From positions 57,847 to 121,846 of the IMG/VR virus record IMGVR_UViG_3300023184_003849: DNA of 64,000 nucleotides, one strand, 5' to 3'. A model generated the notes under the pieces. That model was not told the origin of the DNA. It searched no databases and saw only the letters and a list, made by a program, of their open reading frames with translations. Every line of letters begins with the position of its first letter. The stretch's first letter is position 1. Shown here one piece after another: positions 40,557-49,733 of this stretch. Position numbers and translations under genes: made by a program. This DNA comes from a virus.

Positions 40557-42061
40557 TTGACTTGAAAATTCCATCCTTCAGGCACTGGCTCAGCAGTGGG
40601 CGGTGGAGTGGGCGGTCCGTCAACAAAATCAACTACCACGCTGACACCTTGATTGTGGTATTTATAGGGCTCATGTGTGGGTGCTCGTGTCACAATACTT
40701 TCTAGTGCACCAGCCTTGACTTGCCAACCTGTGCTGTTGTTGAACACAGTATCATCCAAGGTGCGTTTTGGATATAACTTTGGAGGAGTCACTGTTTTGG
40801 CCGACCCGCCATTGAGATCAATCCTGCCTGCTTTGAGTGCCAGTTTTGTTCCGCCGTTCCAAGAACCTGACTGACTTTGCAAACTGAGACTGCCGTCACT
40901 GCGCACTCCCAGTGCGGCTGTGCTGTACAAGGTCATGCCTGCTTCGGCTGCTAGATTCATGGTGGTCACTGCACCTATGTTGGTGGCTGCGCCGCTCTTC
41001 ATACTGATGTTGCCGCCAGCATACATGTTGATGTCTCGGTCAGCATGCAAGTTTATTGTGCCTTCTGTTCGCACGTTTACTGAGTTGGTAGAGTACACAT
41101 CTACAGTGCCTTCTACTCCCAGTTCAATCCAGGTCTGACCGTTTGCATGAGCAATGTAGATGAAATCGTTGGAGTCATTCATCATGATTTGATGGCCTTT
41201 AGCAGATCTCAAACGAAACAAAGCATTGTTGCTGTCAAGATCGCCATCGTCCATGACCAAGGTATGTCCACCATAACGACCAATCACTTGAACGTCTTGT
41301 GGTTTTACTGAACCTTCACTTAGTTGTTTGCGAATGGTGTTGGGATCCTGGCCCCCGGCGTACACTGGCAGTCCTGGAGTTGATATCCCATACACAGTGC
41401 TGGGACTTTCTCTCTGTGCGCTTGATCCAATGGGACCACGTTCAGGATCATTGCTGAGTCCTTGTTGAAAATATATAGCAGCCTGTACCGAGTGTACTGG
41501 TTTGGGTTGATCGTAGAACTTGGGATTTTTATCAATCTGTTCATTTTCATTATTGATTTCGGTCACTGGCAACTGTGGAGCCTTGGCAAAATATGCTGCC
41601 TGTGCTTTGTTACCAGACACATATTGACTCTTGGGCACAGCACCAATGGCTGGTATCATGCGATTCACGCCAGGATCGGGTATGCACCCAATGTAGTAGC
41701 CAAGGTTAGGATCACCATTCACAAACAAACACAAAACTCGTGTGCCTATGTCAGGTGGTGTGAACCACATGCCATAACTTTGTTGGTTGCCAGGATATGA
41801 ACCCACTCCTGTACTGGCACTGTTTTTTTCTGTAACACCATAAAAAGGCGGCAGGTAGTTGACCAAGCGCCAGCCTGCAGGATTGTCTTCAGGATTGTCT
41901 CCACTGAACTGCTGGATGTAGACCCATAGCCTACCAGATCTAATGCTGTCTATGTTGTTTTTGACCACGCCCACAAAAGGGCCCACGTCGGCAATTTGCC
42001 CGCCGCGATCAAATTTGAAATTGTCTGCTCTTCCTGAACTGCGTTCTAGATTTTCTGCCAT
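40553..42061 (-). CDS. gp5: Baseplate central spike/hub (gp5/VgrG-like OB fold plus beta-helix)
   Basis: GVVKNNID..RSGRLWVYI, SYGMWF.PPD.G..VL..F..GD, GHTLVMDDG, GHQI.M.D, then beta-helix-like repeats. Confidence 0.8.
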   Translation of the reverse strand: MAENLERSSGRADNFKFDRGGQIADVGPFVGVVKNNIDSIRSGRLWVYIQQFSGDNPEDNPAGWRLVNYLPPFYGVTEKNSASTGVGSYPGNQQSYGMWFTPPDIGTRVLCLFVNGDPNLGYYIGCIPDPGVNRMIPAIGAVPKSQYVSGNKAQAAYFAKAPQLPVTEINNENEQIDKNPKFYDQPKPVHSVQAAIYFQQGLSNDPERGPIGSSAQRESPSTVYGISTPGLPVYAGGQDPNTIRKQLSEGSVKPQDVQVIGRYGGHTLVMDDGDLDSNNALFRLRSAKGHQIMMNDSNDFIYIAHANGQTWIELGVEGTVDVYSTNSVNVRTEGTINLHADRDINMYAGGNISMKSGAATNIGAVTTMNLAAEAGMTLYSTAALGVRSDGSLSLQSQSGSWNGGTKLALKAGRIDLNGGSAKTVTPPKLYPKRTLDDTVFNNSTGWQVKAGALESIVTRAPTHEPYKYHNQGVSVVVDFVDGPPTPPPTAEPVPEGWNFQVK

Positions 42062-42070
42062 TGTTTTTCC

Positions 42071-43741
42071 TTATCCTGGATTGCCGTCTTTGACTATGGG
42101 CTGTGGTCCTGTACGTATGCCAGGTAATGCAGTGCCTTGATAATTGTTTGTTCCGGCTGCCGATGCGGCTCGTGCAATCTCCAAAGCCTGAACATCGTTC
42201 TTGCCAGCCTTGCGAGCCTCAATATAAGCAGGCGATCCACGCAACTCAGCGTTGCTGGCAGTGGGTGGCACATCAACTGGATTCAAAATTTGTTGCACAC
42301 CTTTGGCCACACTGGATTGTTGACTTGCCACTGCGCGGTTTTGTGTTTCTTGCTGTTGTTGACGTTGTCTGGCCGCTCGGTCAACAGGCGCTTTGGTTTC
42401 TCTTGCTACTGATGAAGGTGCATTTACTTGAGCACTTGCATTGTAGGTGATCCATTGTCCTTCCAATTCCTGGGTGAACTTGCCCCCTTTAAACACATGA
42501 GTGGCCTTGCTGGCAACGTAAAGTGTTGAAACTGTGTTGCTTCCTCCAGGTTGGCTGGGTGCTGTGGAGGCATCTATCAATCCTGTTTGTAGATTGTAAT
42601 CTGCAGGTGTGTTGAATGTGATTTCAAAATAAGATCCGCTGACCATGGAGTTGATAGAGCCATCAGCCAAAAAAGGTTTTGCGCTGAACATTTCAGGCGA
42701 CACATACTGTGTGAGATGACTGGGTAGCCAGGCAGGATCCCCCACTATGGTTATTTTTGCTTTGGCAAGATCCGATGAGTACAAAAAGTCTGCGGCATTG
42801 GCCCCGGGTTCCATGGTATTTTGTTCGCCGCCTTGATTGCTCTGGCCGCTGGCAGGAAACACATTGGTTTTCCAGGTCTCTTGATAGTTAGGGTTGGTTT
42901 GAAAATTGGCCTTTTGTACTCGAACTTCTGGCACAGTATTGCCGGTGATGGCCTGGGTCCATTGATTGTTGAATGACTGTTCAAAACTCAGTACCGAACT
43001 ATTTTCGCCCGTGAACCAGTACTTGTAGGATTTGTGAACGCCTCGATATTTGCCTGAATTGAAATATGTGCTCAACACAGGAGTTTCAAAAGGCACTATA
43101 TAAAACTTCATGCGATAGGCATGGTCTTTTCTTTTGAAATCATAGCCCAGCATGGTTATGTTGCATAGAACATGAAACCATGCAAACTGATCAGACAGTT
43201 TTGAAGACCTTGGTTCCCAAATCTCTTTGGTTTGATTCCATATTATTTTAGACTGATCTTGGATGTAGTTGCTGCCTCTAATGACCTGATCAATAAATTG
43301 AACAATTTGCTGGCCTGCTGAACATGCGCGAGCACGAGATTTGGGATCCATGCTTTGCCGAGATGGGTCCAGTTGTTGTGCGGCAGTGCCGCCTTTGGAT
43401 CCCACTGCTAGTGATTTGTCTAGGCCGCCTGGTGGCACAACCACAGCATCACTGATGATTTTGTCTGAAAATTCAATCTCATATATGTCCTCAATTTCAA
43501 TCTGTCCATTTTTTTTCAAATTCAATTGATAGGCATTCAAGGCTGCTATGAGCCCGGTACCCACTGTGTCAGTTGAAGGCTTGGGTGCCGCACTGGCCTT
43601 GGGCGGTGCTTGAGTGGTGGGGGTGGAAAGACCCAAGAATGCAGGAGGCTGTGCTGTACTGCCTGGACCAAAAACTGTGTTGGCAGGTTTGATAGGAACA
43701 GTGTTGGGTATTATTCCTAATGATTGAAAAGGATCAGCCAT
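42071..43741 (-). CDS. Baseplate hub protein (gp27-like, C-terminal part)
   Basis: K.YKYWFTGEN..VL.FE..FN, ITIVGDP.W, F.GGKFTQEL. Confidence 0.6.
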   Translation of the reverse strand: MADPFQSLGIIPNTVPIKPANTVFGPGSTAQPPAFLGLSTPTTQAPPKASAAPKPSTDTVGTGLIAALNAYQLNLKKNGQIEIEDIYEIEFSDKIISDAVVVPPGGLDKSLAVGSKGGTAAQQLDPSRQSMDPKSRARACSAGQQIVQFIDQVIRGSNYIQDQSKIIWNQTKEIWEPRSSKLSDQFAWFHVLCNITMLGYDFKRKDHAYRMKFYIVPFETPVLSTYFNSGKYRGVHKSYKYWFTGENSSVLSFEQSFNNQWTQAITGNTVPEVRVQKANFQTNPNYQETWKTNVFPASGQSNQGGEQNTMEPGANAADFLYSSDLAKAKITIVGDPAWLPSHLTQYVSPEMFSAKPFLADGSINSMVSGSYFEITFNTPADYNLQTGLIDASTAPSQPGGSNTVSTLYVASKATHVFKGGKFTQELEGQWITYNASAQVNAPSSVARETKAPVDRAARQRQQQQETQNRAVASQQSSVAKGVQQILNPVDVPPTASNAELRGSPAYIEARKAGKNDVQALEIARAASAAGTNNYQGTALPGIRTGPQPIVKDGNPG

Positions 43742-45303
43742 TATAATCCTCCGCCACCAAAGGCCATGCCTTGATCATTTATTGTGTTTGGATCTGTTCC
43801 TGTGGCTGCTACAACAGGAGGAACAGAAGAAATTGGCACATCATTTCTGGTGTTATCACCTGCGGCTTGACTGGCTGTTTGTTGTTTGATTTGACCAACC
43901 AGGATATCTTTCACTGTGGTTCCTGTAAACTGCATGTTGAAAGGTATACTGCCTCGGTTGATACTGAATCCAATATTGGTACTGGGCACAGCACCAGTAA
44001 TTCTATATTCTGTCAACTTGCTACTGACTGAATAATTCAAACTGGTCTGTTGATAAAATATAAATTTTTCCACAGCCGCATTGGGATCTGTGCTGCCAAT
44101 GTTGTTGGTTATGGGTTGAACCAATTGTCCTGCTTCATTATACCCATAGAATCTTATGGCCAAACAATACATCACTGATGAATAATTGATAAAACTGCCT
44201 GTGGCAGAACTTTTTGTATCGGTTTGGCTGTAAATTTCGTTTACAGCACGATAAAGATTGAGTGGCAGTGTGACTCCATTGGGTTCGCTTATGGTAAATG
44301 ACACATTCACGTAGGCCATTGGCCCACCAGAGTCAAGGCCGGCTGGATAAGCAGTCTCCATTGTGAGATTGTCAATGTAGTAATCCAAATTGAAATACTG
44401 ATTGCGTGAGGCTCCAACCACTGTGGTTCCTGGAACAGTGTCAAGATATGTTTTGTTGTATGTTGGAACAGTGACATCGATTGGAGTGCTGACTCTTGTG
44501 CCTGGTGCTGTGCCTGCTCCACCACTTTGTGCCAACAGGTAATAACCACTGAGTTCAGGATTTTTCATTCTTATGATGTTTGAATTGTATGATGTTGGCG
44601 TGGCCAGGTACCAACTGATAGAGTAGGTGTAACTGGCATAATTATCCAATACATTTGGCTTTTCGAATATAGGATTTTTTTCCGCAGAGTACAAGTCATT
44701 CAAAGTGTTGGCAACTACGTTGGGTGTCTGTGGTGTGTTGTCATCTCTAGGACCGCCGGCTCCTGGTCCACCTAGATCTGTACGTCTAGGATCACGAGAG
44801 GCAAAATCAGCAGTGCTTTGTCCTGCACCTGCGCCGGCTGTGGCACGATTGCTGGCATTGTTGATGGCCTGTGTTTGCGAAGTGGGTCGCAAATTGGCAT
44901 TGGTTCCGTCGGTGGGTGTGTTTTCCGAGGTAGGAGTTGGGTTGGCATTGGTGCCTGACCTAGGTTCCACTTGTTCAATGCGTTTGTCTGGAGTGAGCAC
45001 TTGTGACCCTATTACGGGTCGAGAGGCATTGGCATTTTCATCTCTGGCCTGATTGGCATTGCCTACGATAGCACCCGAACTGGCCACAGGTTGTTGGGCA
45101 AAGTTGTTGTACTCAATCAACACGATGTCAAGTCGTTGTTGCAATTCTGCCAAATAAGATCTTGCACTTTCAATTTGTTGTTGCAATCTTGTGTTGCCAG
45201 GTGCTTGAGCCAAGATGGCTTCATCTCTAGCAATAATTGCTTGTTGTTGCTTGATTTCGGCTTGAATTCTTGCTAGTTCGGCAGCCCAGGGATTTGTTGC
45301 CAT
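43741..45303 (-). CDS. Baseplate hub protein (gp27-like, N-terminal part) with coiled-coil/low-complexity leader
   Basis: Start moved to ATG 45303 (MATNPW); PNVLDNYASYTY, DYYIDNL, FTISEPNG.TL, L.IRFYGY. Confidence 0.6.
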   Translation of the reverse strand: MATNPWAAELARIQAEIKQQQAIIARDEAILAQAPGNTRLQQQIESARSYLAELQQRLDIVLIEYNNFAQQPVASSGAIVGNANQARDENANASRPVIGSQVLTPDKRIEQVEPRSGTNANPTPTSENTPTDGTNANLRPTSQTQAINNASNRATAGAGAGQSTADFASRDPRRTDLGGPGAGGPRDDNTPQTPNVVANTLNDLYSAEKNPIFEKPNVLDNYASYTYSISWYLATPTSYNSNIIRMKNPELSGYYLLAQSGGAGTAPGTRVSTPIDVTVPTYNKTYLDTVPGTTVVGASRNQYFNLDYYIDNLTMETAYPAGLDSGGPMAYVNVSFTISEPNGVTLPLNLYRAVNEIYSQTDTKSSATGSFINYSSVMYCLAIRFYGYNEAGQLVQPITNNIGSTDPNAAVEKFIFYQQTSLNYSVSSKLTEYRITGAVPSTNIGFSINRGSIPFNMQFTGTTVKDILVGQIKQQTASQAAGDNTRNDVPISSVPPVVAATGTDPNTINDQGMAFGGGGL

Positions 45304-45305
45304 GT

Positions 45306-45605
45306 TTAGAATCCTAACACGTTGCGTAGTGTGCTGAGTTTGGGCAGATAGATTTGAGTACCTGCCCGGAAGTCTAGTGGTGGTGCTTGTAGTGTGTTGG
45401 GATTGCGTTGGTAGAACACCCACCACAAGGCCGCAGTTGAATACAAGTCATAGGCCAACAAATCAGGTCTGTACTGATAGGTTTGATTGATCAACATTAT
45501 GGTATCGTCTGTTTCTTTGGGTATGGGCCGATTGGTCATGGTATCCAAAAAGAACTGACTGTATCCAGTGGCAAAATAAGGACTGGTTGCGTTGTAGGTG
45601 GCCAT
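45306..45605 (-). CDS. gp53: Baseplate wedge protein (gp53/LysM-like)
   Basis: YQYRPDLLAYDLYS...LWWVF..RN...F..G..IYLP. Confidence 0.8.
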   Translation of the reverse strand: MATYNATSPYFATGYSQFFLDTMTNRPIPKETDDTIMLINQTYQYRPDLLAYDLYSTAALWWVFYQRNPNTLQAPPLDFRAGTQIYLPKLSTLRNVLGF

Positions 45606-47698
45606 TACCAGAATCCTCCTTTGAGCAAGTTGCCATTGGCATAGTCTCTCACACTGAACTGTTTGGTAACTTGATTGCGTGACTGTACAGGCAGTAGACT
45701 TATGGTTAGGTCAATTTTGGTAGGTACATAAGTGGGTTGATTCTGACCTAGATTTGGCGGTGGCGGTCTGCAGATTTCTGCGCCATAACTGATGCCTTGA
45801 CCACTGAACAAGTTCTGTAGTCTGGCCACAGCACCTGATATGGGATTGGTTGGTAAGTCTTGTCTGTTTCTGCGTGTGAGCATGTTGGTACCATTGATGT
45901 TGGTGGATCTAGCACGTATGTAGTCAACGTCACTGGGCAGGTTGTAATTAAAACTGGTTACCACGCAGGGGTGCCGGGAGAACTGATATTCGCCCAGACC
46001 AGACAAATACACCAAAGGCGGTGGCGCACCATGTTGCGGGTCTTGACCATAAAACATCTTGGTTACTGAACGGAAAAAATGTATCACTGCCAAGAGATAG
46101 TTGGCTTCAGTGGTGTCTTGAGCAGTAAATGTGGCTGTGATACCCACTTGGTCTGTGTAACTGCTTTTGTAAAAGTAACCTTTGTAGTTGCTGTGAGTTA
46201 GCGCATAAGCATCGTAATCGGCCTTGTAACTCATTTCAATCTTGGGTGTGTAGGGGAATACCACTCCACCGGTAAGGGCCAATGGTGCCAGTATGCCCGG
46301 TCCACCACCATTGCGATCAGTTGGTGCGTTGTACAAATAGTTTGCGCCAGGTGCCAGACTCAGTCGCACACGCCAGTCACCTTTGTTGACTGTTTTCTGC
46401 TGTGCGGCATTGACTGCCTGTTGCTGGGCCAACTGTCGGCCTATTTCTACCTGTGCGGCTTCATCTGCAACTGCATCATTGGCACTTTGTAAAAGACGAC
46501 CTTGTGCGATTTGTTCGGCGTCGCTTACATAACCAGTGTTGACAGGGTCGACTGGTGAGGCTGCTGTTGTTGGATTGGTTATCACAGCGGCTGTGGCATT
46601 TTGTGCGGCAATGTTTACATTAGGATCAACTGTGATTGGAACTGTGGTTGAGACTGCAGGATTAGTTGTGTCTCTATAGGCTGCGGCATTGTCATTGATG
46701 CTTGCTTCGTTAAATTGTATTGTGTCTTGTGTGTTGGCAATGTAGGCTTGATTTTCATTTATGCTTTGTGTTTGGTCAAATATGTTTTGCACCTGCTCAG
46801 CATTGTTGGCTTCTAGTACTGCTCGCCGTTCTGCACTAATGTTAGGATCAGCCAGTTCAGCATTTTGCTGGGCAATGATACTTTCACTGTCTGCAATATT
46901 TTGTTGTGCTGACTTGATATTTTGCGTGGCTGTGGCTATACCTGCTTGGCCTTTGGCAATCTCTGTACCTGCCTGTTCGATGTTTGTCAAATAAGGATTT
47001 GGAAACTCTGATTGAGCATTGAGTCTGGCCGCGTCAACTGCTGTTTGGCGAGTTTCTGTGTATGGCGATTCCGTGGCCACAGGTGTGGGAGAAGTATTCA
47101 CAACATACTTTGGATTTGGCTGCCAGTCGCCATTGGCGTCTTTGATAAAGGTGTCTGATGGTCCAGCAAGGTTGCTTTGCCCTGGGTTTACTGCTGTGGC
47201 AGATATTATTGGTTGTTGATTGAATGTGTTGATTCTGTTCTGTGCCGCTGGGTCAATCGATGCTGCCACATCAGCGGGTATTATTTGTTTGCCTGTTGTC
47301 CGGTCAACAGGATATGACAATCCAGTTGCTGAATTAAATACAACCCCATTTGAATCAACATACACTGGCGCATTTGTAGCAGATGTGTTTACTGCATTTT
47401 TAACAGTTTGTGCAGTTGGTGTGTTAGGATCAACTAGATTATTAATAAACGCAGGATTGATGTTTCTTGTGAGTTGTTGTGTTTCGGCCGCACTTAGGAT
47501 ATTGAGCCCATACGCATCCTGTGTAGGGCTATCAGCGGCGTTTGTGGTTTGCCCAGGATAATTTTCATCCCACCAAGAGGCATTACCGGCTTCGTCAGCA
47601 ACCTGTTCACCAGTGTAGGTTTCAGTTACCTCTCCGTCGATTTGTATCTCTGCAGGCACATCTTCAGGTGCGCTCCAGAAAAAGTTTTCTTCATCCAT
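45605..47698 (-). CDS. Tail tube initiator / baseplate-tube junction protein (gp54/gp48-like) with long N-terminal extension
   Basis: C-terminal DWRVRLSL..GVVFPYTP..HSNY..FTAQ..EA.Y..HF.RS.TKMFYG..PPP.V.L.G..DYI. Confidence 0.65.
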   Translation of the reverse strand: MDEENFFWSAPEDVPAEIQIDGEVTETYTGEQVADEAGNASWWDENYPGQTTNAADSPTQDAYGLNILSAAETQQLTRNINPAFINNLVDPNTPTAQTVKNAVNTSATNAPVYVDSNGVVFNSATGLSYPVDRTTGKQIIPADVAASIDPAAQNRINTFNQQPIISATAVNPGQSNLAGPSDTFIKDANGDWQPNPKYVVNTSPTPVATESPYTETRQTAVDAARLNAQSEFPNPYLTNIEQAGTEIAKGQAGIATATQNIKSAQQNIADSESIIAQQNAELADPNISAERRAVLEANNAEQVQNIFDQTQSINENQAYIANTQDTIQFNEASINDNAAAYRDTTNPAVSTTVPITVDPNVNIAAQNATAAVITNPTTAASPVDPVNTGYVSDAEQIAQGRLLQSANDAVADEAAQVEIGRQLAQQQAVNAAQQKTVNKGDWRVRLSLAPGANYLYNAPTDRNGGGPGILAPLALTGGVVFPYTPKIEMSYKADYDAYALTHSNYKGYFYKSSYTDQVGITATFTAQDTTEANYLLAVIHFFRSVTKMFYGQDPQHGAPPPLVYLSGLGEYQFSRHPCVVTSFNYNLPSDVDYIRARSTNINGTNMLTRRNRQDLPTNPISGAVARLQNLFSGQGISYGAEICRPPPPNLGQNQPTYVPTKIDLTISLLPVQSRNQVTKQFSVRDYANGNLLKGGFW

Positions 47699-47715
47699 GT
47701 TTGTTCCTTGCCCTG

Positions 47716-47721
47716 TATTTA
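47716..47721 (-). promoter_or_regulatory. Late promoter TAAATA heading the tail operon
   Basis: TAAATA followed by AAGGA RBS and ATG 47698. Confidence 0.6.
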
Positions 47722-47753
47722 ACCAAAAAATAAAGTGCTCAGTTTAAGAAAGG

Positions 47754-47781
47754 TTGACAAGTACTAAGAATGTGTTACAAT
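47754..47781 (+). promoter_or_regulatory. Sigma70-type early/middle promoter for the late sigma gene
   Basis: TTGACA, 16 nt, TACAAT with TG extended -10; AAAGGA RBS upstream of ATG 47811. Confidence 0.7.
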
Positions 47782-47810
47782 AAGTACTATTCGAAAGGAA
47801 TCCCCAGTCA

Positions 47811-48704
47811 ATGACTGCCACTATCCGTGCTACACCCAAAACCAACTATCTCAACAATAGAGATATTCTCAAAGAGATTCATCTAAGCAAAAATACCTAC
47901 TGCTCTTTTCGAGATCCAGCCGTCGATCATCAATTTGATATAATCTTGCCCTCTGTGAGCAAGATCAATCAAAAGACCATAGCCGAAGCACGACGCAATC
48001 GTGCTGACCGTCTCAAACGCGAAGGTATCATAGTTGACCCAAAGAAAATACCCAACACTGACTGTGTGTTTCGAGTCACTTGTTGGGATCACATACCCAT
48101 GGCACCCAAGAAAGTCACCAAAGCCGAAGCCAAAAAACGGAAATTAGAGGACTTGTTGGAACTGGATGATGTTGCAGAAGATCCACTAGCGGACCTTGTA
48201 GAAGAGCCTATCCTAGATCCCACACACATGCGAGTGAACTTTCCTCCGTTCTGGCATTACCGAATTGACGACAATAAGGTGCCTTTTGTGGTGGGCAAAA
48301 GCCATTGGCGGGGTACCTTAGATGGGGGCGAGTTCTGTAAAGATCATGGCAAAATGACCCGAACTTTGGCCAACATGTTTATGAAATTATGCGAAAGATA
48401 TGCTACAAGGAGTAACTGGCGTGGATACACCTACAATGAAGAAATGCGGGGGCAAGCCCTTCTACAACTGTCTCAAATCGGATTGCAATTTGACGAGTCA
48501 AAATCGCAGAACCCTTTTGCGTATTATACTGCCGCTATCACTAATAGTTTCACTCGTATCCTAAATATTGAAAAGAAAAATCAAAACATTCGAGACGATA
48601 TTTTAGAGATGAACGGACTCAATCCTTCATGGACTAGACAGAATTCTGGCAAGTACTCAATGGCTGCCATGTCCGGACCGGTTGTTTCTAGCCTTGATGA
48701 GTAG
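47811..48704 (+). CDS. gp55: Late-transcription sigma factor (T4 gp55-like)
   Basis: NYLNN.D.L.EI; RSNWRGYTYNEEM..A.LQL..GLQFDE.KS.NPFAYYT..I.NSF.R.LN.EK. Confidence 0.88.
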   Translation: MTATIRATPKTNYLNNRDILKEIHLSKNTYCSFRDPAVDHQFDIILPSVSKINQKTIAEARRNRADRLKREGIIVDPKKIPNTDCVFRVTCWDHIPMAPKKVTKAEAKKRKLEDLLELDDVAEDPLADLVEEPILDPTHMRVNFPPFWHYRIDDNKVPFVVGKSHWRGTLDGGEFCKDHGKMTRTLANMFMKLCERYATRSNWRGYTYNEEMRGQALLQLSQIGLQFDESKSQNPFAYYTAAITNSFTRILNIEKKNQNIRDDILEMNGLNPSWTRQNSGKYSMAAMSGPVVSSLDE

Positions 48705-48710
48705 TATACT
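48682..48710 (+). promoter_or_regulatory. Sigma70-like, probably leaderless promoter for gp47
   Basis: TTGTTT, 17 nt, TATACT, 6 nt, ATG 48717. Confidence 0.45.
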
Positions 48711-48716
48711 AACAGG

Positions 48717-49733
48717 ATGACTAATCTATTCCGGAAGGCCGCGGTCTTTACAGACATTCACTTTGGCTTGAAAAGCAACAGCACTCAGCACAACGAGGAC
48801 TGCATGAACTTTGTGCGATGGGCATGTGCCAAAGCAAAAGAGGAAGGTTGCGAAACCTGTTTGTTCCTGGGCGACTGGCACAATAACCGTGCTAGCCTGA
48901 ACATTGTTACACTAAACTACAGCCTGCGGGCACTGGAGCACATGAATGATAATTTTGAAAACGTGTATTTCATTCCTGGTAATCATGATTTGTATTATCG
49001 AGATAAGCGCGACATACAAAGTGTGGAATGGGCAAAGCATCTCCCCCGTGTACAGATATGCAACGATTGGTTTAGCAGTGGAGACGTGGTTATTGCTCCT
49101 TGGCTTGTAGCCGATGACCACAAGCGTATTCCCAAACTAACGGGCAAATACATGTTTGGGCACTTTGAACTGCCCGGTTACTTGATGAACGCCATGGTAG
49201 AAATGCCAGATCACGGTGAAGTGCGCAGAGAAGACTTCACAAATTTTGAACATGTATTTACTGGACACTTTCACAAGCGACAGACCAAAAAGAATATCAC
49301 ATACATTGGCAATTGCTTTCCACACAATTATGCCGATGCAGGCGACGATGATCGTGGCATGATGATTTTGGAATGGGGTAAAGAACCAGAGTTTCATGCT
49401 TGGCCTGATCAGCCACGTTATCGTGTGCTGGGACTGGCCAATATTATAGACAATGCACCAAATTTACTGGCCAAGGACATGCATGTGCGTGTGCAGTTGG
49501 ACATTGAAATATCGTATGAGGAAGCCAACTTCATCAAAGAAACGTATATTAAAGATTACAGTTTGAGAGAAATGGCCTTGATACCCAACAAGAACAGTTC
49601 AGTAGACACTGACATGGCCCCCGGCGAAGTCAAGTTTGAAAGTGTAGATCAAATTGTCACAGACCAGATTACTAACATTGAATCAGAGTTTTACGACAAC
49701 AAATTGTTACTGAAAATTTACCAAACTCTATGA
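48717..49733 (+). CDS. gp47: Recombination endonuclease subunit (Mre11/SbcD-like metallophosphoesterase)
   Basis: TDIHFG, LGDW, PGNHD, GHFE, TGHFH motifs. Confidence 0.93.
   Translation: MTNLFRKAAVFTDIHFGLKSNSTQHNEDCMNFVRWACAKAKEEGCETCLFLGDWHNNRASLNIVTLNYSLRALEHMNDNFENVYFIPGNHDLYYRDKRDIQSVEWAKHLPRVQICNDWFSSGDVVIAPWLVADDHKRIPKLTGKYMFGHFELPGYLMNAMVEMPDHGEVRREDFTNFEHVFTGHFHKRQTKKNITYIGNCFPHNYADAGDDDRGMMILEWGKEPEFHAWPDQPRYRVLGLANIIDNAPNLLAKDMHVRVQLDIEISYEEANFIKETYIKDYSLREMALIPNKNSSVDTDMAPGEVKFESVDQIVTDQITNIESEFYDNKLLLKIYQTL

Noticed and set aside
45304-45426. Extended start of the 561-aa ORF
   Set aside because: Overlaps the gp53-like gene; ATG 45303 just after its stop is more plausible
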